This document shows, piece after piece, positions 1 through 6,185 of a stretch of 58,541 nt of DNA. Source of the DNA: Deltaproteobacteria bacterium. GTDB lineage: Bacteria > Myxococcota_A > UBA9160 > UBA6930. The DNA lies in NCBI GenBank assembly GCA_002687015.1, contig NYZB01000276.1, positions 1-58,541 of the forward strand, read 5' to 3'. The stretch's first letter is position 1; each line of letters opens with the position of its first letter. A program made the position numbers and the translations under genes. The notes under the pieces are model-generated. The model was not told where the DNA came from. It did no database searches and saw only the letters and a program-made list of their open reading frames with translations.

Positions 1-1093
1 GCTGCTCGGAGCCCAGCTCCTCCTGCACGCGGCGATGCTCCAGATCCGGACCCTGCTCGTCGACCCGGGCGTCGTGGAGCCCGAGAACCTGGGGAACCAG
101 CTCTTTCCGGCCGATGCCGTCGGAGAGCCCAAGGCGCAGGTGCGCGCCGCCCAGATGGCCGCGCTCAACCCCTCCTGCCCGGTGCGAGCGCTCCCCGAGC
201 GCATCGAGGACGTGGGCCTCGGCCAGCTGGCCGATAGCGACCTGCTCTTGACGGGGCTCGACAGCCGCGCGAGCCGACTCCGCGTTGCCGACATCGCCCA
301 GCAGCTCGGAGTGGATTGGATCGACGCCGCCGTCGACGGCAGCGGCGAGCGACAGCTGGGCGTGGTCACCTGGTTCCGGCCGAAGGAGGCCGACCTGGCC
401 TGCTATGGATGCCGCTACGACGGCGACGCCCTCGCCGAGATCGCGCGCGAGCAGCGGACGGCACCCTGCGCGAGCTGGCGCAACCGGGAGCTTCCGGACT
501 CACCTCCCACCCTCACCGCCTCGCCCTTCGGGGGGATCGTGTCGGGCTGGCAGATGAGCTTCGCCATCCGCGGGTTGCTGGGGGAGGGCGACGCCCTCGC
601 CGGCCACCAGCTGCAGATCGCCGGGGGGGCTCCGCCTCGCATGCGCTCGGTGAGGTTGGCCCGCAACCCGACGTGCCGCTTCTCCCACGCCTCACCGCCC
701 GCCGCGAGCCCCAGCCCGGACGGCGACACGGTCGGAGATCTGGTGTGCGCCGCGGAGAGGGAGCTCGGCGCTCCCCTCGATGGGGTGCGTTTCCCCGGCC
801 GGTCGCTGGTGCTGGGCCTGGTGTGTCCGGCCTGTGGCGGACGCCAGGAACGGGTGAAGCGCTGCGAGGCGGTCAGCGACGCGGAGCTGCGCTGCCCCCA
901 CTGCGGCTCCGCCGAATGCCTGCCCCTCGAGCTCGGAGACGGCCTGGATGCCGCCCGGCTGCAGACCCTCGCCTCGCACACGTGGCGATCCCTGGGAATC
1001 CCGGATCAGGACCTGGTCGTCGCCTCGAGTGCCGGGCGAGAGATCCGCTACCTGCTGCGGCCCGCGATCGAGGGTGGGGGGGCGCCATCATGA
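1..1093 (+). CDS. E1-like ubiquitin-activating / ThiF-MoeB family adenylyltransferase (5' partial, frame open to window edge, codon phase from nt 2)
   Basis: ThiF-type Rossmann/adenylation motifs (LLVDPGVVEPENLGNQ, KAQVRAAQMAALNP). CYGC plus a later C(RF) cysteine pattern as in ThiF/MoeB/E1 Zn sites. About 120-aa C-terminal extension with a CPACGG...CPHCGS zinc ribbon. High third-position GC. Stop overlaps the next start (ATGA at 1090-1093). Confidence 0.85.
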   Translation, partial: LLGAQLLLHAAMLQIRTLLVDPGVVEPENLGNQLFPADAVGEPKAQVRAAQMAALNPSCPVRALPERIEDVGLGQLADSDLLLTGLDSRASRLRVADIAQQLGVDWIDAAVDGSGERQLGVVTWFRPKEADLACYGCRYDGDALAEIAREQRTAPCASWRNRELPDSPPTLTASPFGGIVSGWQMSFAIRGLLGEGDALAGHQLQIAGGAPPRMRSVRLARNPTCRFSHASPPAASPSPDGDTVGDLVCAAERELGAPLDGVRFPGRSLVLGLVCPACGGRQERVKRCEAVSDAELRCPHCGSAECLPLELGDGLDAARLQTLASHTWRSLGIPDQDLVVASSAGREIRYLLRPAIEGGGAPS

Positions 1094-1626
1094 ACGACGT
1101 CATCCGGGCGTTCAGGGGCCGCACCATGGACCGGGATCTCCAGGCCGTGCGTGACCGCAGCGACAGCGTGCGACTCGCTCCGGATCCGCGCAGTGGCGAG
1201 CCCCCGGCCCGGCTCCACGGTGTCTTCCGGGATCTCGCCTACTTCGAGCCCGACGTCCAGCGAAGCTGCCGCGTCGTGCGCCGCCCCCTGCCCTTCTCGC
1301 TCACCTTTGCCGACGACTACTGCTGCTGCAGCGACGGCAGCCTGCAGATGCGCGTCGCCCAGCTACACGCACCCATCGTCCACCCGAACGTGGCGCCCGG
1401 CGGGCTCGTCTGCCTCGGCCCCCGCTTCCGGCCGGGCACCAAGCTGCCGGCCCTGCTCGAGCACCTGCACGCGATCGTCTCGGGGCGCGTCTACGCCAGC
1501 GAGTCTCCTCTCGACCCCGAGGCGGCGCGCCTCTTCCTGCGCGAGGGCGAGCGCGTCCGCGCCCTGCGCTCGGCGCCGCTGTGGCGCGACCCGGTGGCGC
1601 GAGCCGTACGAGTCGAAACCCGCTGA
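1090..1626 (+). CDS. E2-like ubiquitin-conjugating (UBC-fold) protein, 178 aa
   Basis: ATG 1090 overlaps the E1 stop. Sequence HPNVAPGGLVCLG matches the E2 HPN motif followed by a catalytic-Cys loop. Upstream PFSLTFADDY and downstream SPLDPEAARLF resemble canonical UBC core elements. Confidence 0.8.
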   Translation: MNDVIRAFRGRTMDRDLQAVRDRSDSVRLAPDPRSGEPPARLHGVFRDLAYFEPDVQRSCRVVRRPLPFSLTFADDYCCCSDGSLQMRVAQLHAPIVHPNVAPGGLVCLGPRFRPGTKLPALLEHLHAIVSGRVYASESPLDPEAARLFLREGERVRALRSAPLWRDPVARAVRVETR

Positions 1627-1648
1627 GCCAACCCACGAAGGGAGACCC

Positions 1649-1915
1649 ATGACCGCCGCCACCCGCCCGACGCTGATCGACCTCACGCTGTCCGACTGGG
1701 AGGGCAGCCGCAAGGCGCACCTGGAGCAGGTGCCCGCCACCTCGACGGTGGGTCAGGTCGTGAACGAGGCCGTCTCCCACCTCGGCCTTCCGCCCCAGCA
1801 CCTCTACCAGGCGGTGCTGCGCGGCAGGGAGCTCGACCCGGGCGCCATCCTGGACGACCTCGGCATCGCCGCCGACACCGAGATCGACCTGGTTCCCGAG
1901 GTGAGCGCCGGTTGA
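1649..1915 (+). CDS. Ubiquitin-like beta-grasp protein, 88 aa, C-terminus ...PEVSAG
   Basis: ATG 1649 preceded by AAGGGAGA. Size and hydrophobic pattern (TLIDLTL...LRGRELDPGAILDDLGIAADTEIDLV) fit a beta-grasp Ubl. It ends in Gly immediately before the stop and sits between the E2 and JAB genes. Confidence 0.7.
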   Translation: MTAATRPTLIDLTLSDWEGSRKAHLEQVPATSTVGQVVNEAVSHLGLPPQHLYQAVLRGRELDPGAILDDLGIAADTEIDLVPEVSAG

Positions 1916-1977
1916 AGCACCCGCCCGACGGTCCCGGACACCTCGGGACCGCCGGGCACGCCCGGAGGCGACGAACC

Positions 1978-3048
1978 ATGAGCGAGCTCCCCTGGCGCTT
2001 CACTCTCGAAGTGCGACGCGAGAGCGGCGACCTCGCCGCCACGACCCAGGCGAGCGCGGCCCCCTGCATCGAGGCCGCGATCTTCCGGAGCGTGTGGATG
2101 GGCGAGCTGGCCAACGAGGGCGCCTGGCCGGACCTGCAGGTGACGCCGGAGTGGCTCGGCGATGGACGGCCCGTCATCACGGGGCTTGCGGTCGGCGTGG
2201 CCGGCGGCACCCCGCGGCACTTCGGTCTGGAGGCCTTCGCGAGCCAGGCCAGAGCCCTGATTCGCAGCCTCGATGCCGCGGGGCGCATCGGCGCCAAGGA
2301 GCGCGTCCGCTGGAACGTCGCCGCCGACCCGGCCGGGGACCCGGCCGGGCTTGGCAAGGTCCGCATCAGCCGTTCTCCCTTTCCGCTCGAGCCCGCCGAC
2401 CTGCCCGACGTGGCCCCGGGCAGCTTCGGGGTGGGCTTTGCGGCGGAGGTCCTGGCGGGCCTTCATGACCGGGTCCGGAGCACCGGCTCCGTCGAGGGCG
2501 CCGAGCTGCTGCTCGGACGGCTGCACCACGATTCCACCCGTCGCGCCGTACAGCTCTCGGTTGCAGAGGCCCTGCCGCTCACGCCGGGCCGAGGGGGCCA
2601 GTCGAACACGCATTTCGCCTTCGACCCGGGCAGCTTCGTCGCGGCCCGGAGCGCGGCGTTGGCCCGAAGGGACGGTCTGCGCCCGGTCGGCTGGCACCAC
2701 AACCACAACCCCTGCGACGCCTGCCTGGAAAGACCGGACTGCGACGCCAACTGGGTCTTCTTCTCCGAAGACGACCAGCAGGTGCAGGCGACCTTGTTCC
2801 CCTCGCCCTACATGGTCGCCCTGGTGGGCGGAAAGATCGCCGCGCTGCCTGCGAGCCGACCGGGCTTCCGCCTCTACGGGTGGAGCGGCGGGGTGATGGA
2901 GGAGCGCCACTTCGGCGTGACGGGTCCCGGAGCCGAGGCCTGGGACCGGGAGCTCGGCGCCTTCGCCGACGGGGCGCCAGGAAGACCCCCTGTGGGCGCG
3001 CCGAGCCCGGCCACCCCCGAGAAGGAGACGACGTGTCCGACGAACTGA
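1978..3048 (+). CDS. JAB/JAMM (MPN+) metalloisopeptidase with about 165-aa N-terminal domain of unknown function, 356 aa
   Basis: ATG 1978 with GGAGG 9 nt upstream (the track ORF starts at TTG 1912). JAMM elements: VEGAELLLGRL (Glu), WHHNHNP (HxH) and FFSEDD (SxxD). A Cys-rich insert (CDACLERPDCD) lies between HxH and SxxD. Confidence 0.8.
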   Translation: MSELPWRFTLEVRRESGDLAATTQASAAPCIEAAIFRSVWMGELANEGAWPDLQVTPEWLGDGRPVITGLAVGVAGGTPRHFGLEAFASQARALIRSLDAAGRIGAKERVRWNVAADPAGDPAGLGKVRISRSPFPLEPADLPDVAPGSFGVGFAAEVLAGLHDRVRSTGSVEGAELLLGRLHHDSTRRAVQLSVAEALPLTPGRGGQSNTHFAFDPGSFVAARSAALARRDGLRPVGWHHNHNPCDACLERPDCDANWVFFSEDDQQVQATLFPSPYMVALVGGKIAALPASRPGFRLYGWSGGVMEERHFGVTGPGAEAWDRELGAFADGAPGRPPVGAPSPATPEKETTCPTN

Positions 3049-4456
3049 TCCAGCTGCTCAAGGGAGAGGACCTCGAACCGGACGCCGAAATCGCGGCGAT
3101 CGCGAAGGCCTCGGGCGACCCGAAGGCCCTGCGCGTGGTCGCGCGACGCTTGATCGAGCGCCGTCGGGAGATCGGCGTGGAGCTCGCCAAGACCCGCGTC
3201 GCCCTGGAGAAGGCGAAGGCACAGGGCGCCAAAGCGAGGGAGGAGCTCGAAGCATTGCAGCAGCCGCCCCTGCACCCCGGCATCGTGCTGCGGGCCTGCG
3301 CGGACGGGCGCCTGGACGTGGCGACCCGCGGCGGAAGGCAGATCGTCGGGACCTTGCCCCAGCTCGCGGACGTCGAGCTCAAGGCCGGCGACGAGGTGTG
3401 GCTCGACCCGGGCAGCGGCCTGGTCGTCTCCCGGGGCCACGCGGGGCCGCGTCTCGGCCGCGTCCTCACCGTGGCCGAGGTGCTGGACGAGCGGGTGATC
3501 GTGCGCGGCGAGGCCGACGAGGAGCTGGCGCTCCTCTGCGATGCCGCCCTCACCAGGGGCCTGGCCACCGGCGACCGGGTGCTCGCCTCGAGCGAGGTGC
3601 CCTGTGTGCTCGAGCGGCTCCCGGGGGAGCGCCAGGGCGAGCACCTGCTGCAACATGCGCCGGCGACGCGCTTCTCGGACATCGGAGGCCTCGATGCGCT
3701 GATCGCCGAAGTGCGGCAGGAGCTGGAGCTCCACCTCTTCCACCCGGAGCTGGTGGAGAGCCACGGCCTGAGGCTGATGCGCGGCATGACCCTCGTGGGC
3801 GATCCCGGCGTCGGCAAGACGATGCTGGCTTGCGCCATCGCCGGGTTCCTCGCCGATCACGCGCCCGAGACCCGCTTCATGAACGTGAAGCCCGGCTCGC
3901 TGCGCGGCTCGTTCTACGGACAGACCGAGCAGCGCATCCAGGCCCTGTTCGACGCCGCGCGGGCCGCACCAGGCAAGGTCGTGATGTTCTTCGACGAGCT
4001 GGACCACTTCGGCGCCCGTGGCGCGAACCTCGGGCACGACATCGACGATCGGGTGATCGGCACCCTGCTGGCCGAGATCGACGGCCTGGAGGAGGCCGAC
4101 GGCATCTTCATCGTGGGCGCGACGAACCGCCTGGACCTGATCGACGACGCCCTGATCCGCGGCGGCCGGCTCGGCGACCGCATCGTCGAGATCCCGCGGC
4201 CCGGGCGCGGGGCGACACACGCCATCCTCGAGCGGCTCCTGGGGCCGAGCCTGCCCTGGGGCCGCGCCGGCGAGGACCCGGCGGGCGAGGCCGTCGCTTC
4301 GCCCTCGAGGTGCCGTGGAAGCCGGCGAACACGACCGTATCGGCCGAGTTGGAGCAGATGCTCGACGAGGTCGCGGGCCCCCTGCCGGAGCAGCCGACCG
4401 CCAACCACCTTGCGGGCCTCGTGCTGCGAAGCCGTGCGCGAAGGAGAGCCGGGTGA
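3033..4456 (+). CDS. AAA+ ATPase of proteasomal-ATPase (PAN/Mpa/Rpt-like) architecture, with an apparent -1 frameshift near 4270-4300
   Basis: GTG 3033 preceded by GAAGGAGA; it overlaps the JAB 3' end by 16 nt. N-terminal coiled coil (EIGVELAKTRVALEKAKAQGAKAREELEALQQPP), then two OB-like segments (GIVLRACADGRLDV..., GRVLTVAEVLDERVIVRG...). Walker A GDPGVGKT, Walker B VVMFFDELD, sensor-1 GATNR, Arg-finger region RGGRLGDR. After about nt 4290 the original frame becomes Arg/Ser-rich junk. The -1 frame keeps high GC3 (FALEVPWKPANTTVSAELEQMLDEV...) and ends at TGA 4454-4456, overlapping the next start. Confidence 0.75.
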
Positions 4457-4695
4457 GCTACCGACCCCCCATCCTGCTGAAGACCACTCCCCGGCTCGAG
4501 GTGGACGAGCGTCTCTACTACGAGGTCGCCTCGAACGGGATCTTCCAGGTCAAGGAGGCGCCGTGGTTCCGGGCCGTCACCCGGGTGACGCGTGAGGTGC
4601 CCGGGCTCTACCCCTCGCAAGAGAGGCTGGACCTGGACCTGCTCTCCGGACGCCAGGTGCCGGTCCGGCGGAACCTGAGGGCCGCGGCCCGGTGA
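4453..4695 (+). CDS. Hypothetical 80-aa protein translationally coupled to the AAA+ gene
   Basis: GTG 4453 in a GTGA overlap with the AAA+ stop, AAGGAGA 6 nt upstream, strong GC3 bias throughout. I recognise no motif (VSYRPPILLKTTPRLEVDERLYYEVASNGIFQVKEAPWF...). Confidence 0.5.
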   Translation: MSYRPPILLKTTPRLEVDERLYYEVASNGIFQVKEAPWFRAVTRVTREVPGLYPSQERLDLDLLSGRQVPVRRNLRAAAR

Positions 4696-4762
4696 GGCGC
4701 CAGGTCCCAGACGGGGGCCCCTGAGGCGCCTCGACTGGCGGCCACGAGCTGCAATCGACAAC

Positions 4763-4891
4763 ATGACCCGAGACCCGGTGCCTACCTCCACGGGCACGGC
4801 GCGCAGCCACATCTCGGCCGACGGCTTCCGAACGGCCCTCTCCTGGCGGGAAGCCCCCACGAGGCGACTCGAGGAGCGCTTGAGCGAATGA
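4763..4891 (+). CDS. Possible 42-aa upstream ORF coupled to the globin gene (below the ORF-track size cutoff)
   Basis: ATG 4763 to TGA 4889-4891, forming an ATGA overlap with the globin start at 4888. 36 of 42 codons end in G/C. No obvious Shine-Dalgarno sequence and no recognisable motif. Confidence 0.25.
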   Translation: MTRDPVPTSTGTARSHISADGFRTALSWREAPTRRLEERLSE

Positions 4892-5286
4892 ACGACCCCA
4901 CCCCTCCCGAATCCCCCTACCTGCGTCTGGGCAAGGAAGAGGGCATCCGCCGCCTGGTCGAGCTCTTCTACCAGTACATGAGCGAGCTGCCCGAAGCGGC
5001 GACGATCCGCAACATGCACGCCGAGGACATCTCCCCGATGGAGGACAAGCTGACGGTCTTCCTCACGGGGTGGATGGGCGGGCCCGAGCGCTACCGCGAG
5101 CGTTTTGGGCGGGTGATCATCCCCGCGGCCCACGAGCCCTATCCGATCGGCTCCGCGGAGCGGGACCAGTGGCTCCTGTGCATGCGCCACGCGCTCGACG
5201 CCGTCGAGGCCGAGCCGGACCTGATCGAGATGCTCATGCCGGCCTTCACGCAAATGGCCGAGATGTGCCGGACGATCGACGACTGA
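4888..5286 (+). CDS. Truncated hemoglobin-like globin (group II trHb / bacterial globin family)
   Basis: 132 aa. Pattern RRLVELFYQYM...FLTGWMGGPERY...AAHEPYPIGSAERDQWLLCMRHAL matches the conserved trHb layout (GGP..Y, proximal His, D.WL.CM..A). Confidence 0.75.
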   Translation: MNDPTPPESPYLRLGKEEGIRRLVELFYQYMSELPEAATIRNMHAEDISPMEDKLTVFLTGWMGGPERYRERFGRVIIPAAHEPYPIGSAERDQWLLCMRHALDAVEAEPDLIEMLMPAFTQMAEMCRTIDD

Positions 5287-5304
5287 GGGAAGGCACGCGG
5301 GGGG

Positions 5305-5346
5305 TTGACCCGGGACTTTATTTCGATATATTTGGAACTATCGAAA
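5305..5346 (+). promoter_or_regulatory. Sigma-70-type promoter with overlapping palindromic operator upstream of arsM
   Basis: TTGACC (5305-5310), 16 nt spacer, TATATT (5327-5332). Perfect inverted repeat TTTCGATA-N10-TATCGAAA (5321-5346) overlaps the -10. AT-rich island in GC-rich DNA. AAGGAG RBS at 5345-5350, ATG at 5357. Confidence 0.6.
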
Positions 5347-5356
5347 GGAGATCCCC

Positions 5357-6169
5357 ATGACGTCCCTGCGATCCAACGAGCCCGAGACCCTTCGCGACCA
5401 GGTGCGGGAGGGCTACACCCGCATCGTCCAGGACGCGCCGGATGCGGCCCGCGCCGACGAGGCCGCCCGCCGCCTCGGCTACGACGAGGACCAGCTCCGA
5501 GCCGTGCCGGAGGGGGCGAACCTGGGCGTCGGCTGCGGCAACCCCACCGCGATCGATGCGCTGAAGCCCGGCGAGACCGTCGTCGACCTCGGCTCTGGCG
5601 CGGGCATGGACGCCTTCCTCGCGGCCCGCCAGGTGGGCCCCGAAGGCCACGTGATCGGTGTCGACATGACCGACGCCATGCTCGAGAAGGCGCGGGAGAA
5701 CGCGAGGAAGGTCGACCTCCAGGACAGCGTCGAGTTCCGCAAGGGACACATCGAAGAGCTTCCGATCGAGGACGCCAGCGTCGACGCGATCATCTCCAAC
5801 TGCGTCATCAACCTCTCGCCGGAGAAGGACCGGGTCTACGCCGAGGCCTACCGCGTGCTCAAGCCGGGCGGCCGGCTGATGATCAGCGACATCGTGCTCG
5901 AGCGAGAGCTCCCGCAGAAGGTGATCGAGAGCATCGATGCGTACCTGGGCTGCGTGGGCGGCGCCAGCCTTCGCAGCGAGTACCTGGACACGATCGCCAA
6001 GGCCGGCTTCAGCGAGGTCCGCATCGATCGGGAGTCCAGCTTCGCAGAAGCGATCCCTCTCGAGGATCCGAGGGTCCGGGAGGCGATGGAGCGGATGCAG
6101 ATCGGCGAGGAAGAGGCCCGCAGCTTCGCCAGCGCCGTGACGAGCCTGCAGATCTTCGCGCGCAAGTGA
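5357..6169 (+). CDS. arsM: Arsenite S-adenosylmethionine methyltransferase
   Basis: 270 aa. GVGCGNPTA, VVDLGSGAGMD (SAM motif I), GVDMTDAML, SNCVINLS and YLGCVGGA, with the conserved Cys positions typical of ArsM/AS3MT. Confidence 0.85.
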   Translation: MTSLRSNEPETLRDQVREGYTRIVQDAPDAARADEAARRLGYDEDQLRAVPEGANLGVGCGNPTAIDALKPGETVVDLGSGAGMDAFLAARQVGPEGHVIGVDMTDAMLEKARENARKVDLQDSVEFRKGHIEELPIEDASVDAIISNCVINLSPEKDRVYAEAYRVLKPGGRLMISDIVLERELPQKVIESIDAYLGCVGGASLRSEYLDTIAKAGFSEVRIDRESSFAEAIPLEDPRVREAMERMQIGEEEARSFASAVTSLQIFARK

Positions 6170-6185
6170 AGCGGAGACCCGCCGC

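Noticed and set aside
1649-1915. The Ubl interpreted as a Pup-like tag, given the Mpa-like ATPase
   Set aside because: Pup is about 64 aa, disordered, ends in GGQ/GGE and uses PafA/Dop. Here the protein looks like a folded beta-grasp and is flanked by E1/E2/JAB, with no PafA/Dop-like ligase.
2579-4220. Long minus-strand ORFs (2579..3838, 2874..4220) opposite the JAB and AAA+ genes
   Set aside because: Their translations are Arg/Pro/Ser/Gly-rich low-complexity text with no motifs. They are antisense to genes with clear domain signatures. This is typical shadow ORF behaviour in GC-rich DNA.
4265-4300. Programmed -1 ribosomal frameshift in the AAA+ gene
   Set aside because: There is no X XXY YYZ slippery heptamer and no obvious downstream pseudoknot. 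Similar 1-nt breaks occur in unrelated genes, so an indel (error or mutation) is more parsimonious.
4696-4740. GAGGCGCC...GGCGCCTC inverted repeat after the orphan ORF, as a terminator of the Ubl operon
   Set aside because: The 8-bp stem has a 25-nt loop and no T-run, so it is not convincing as an intrinsic terminator.
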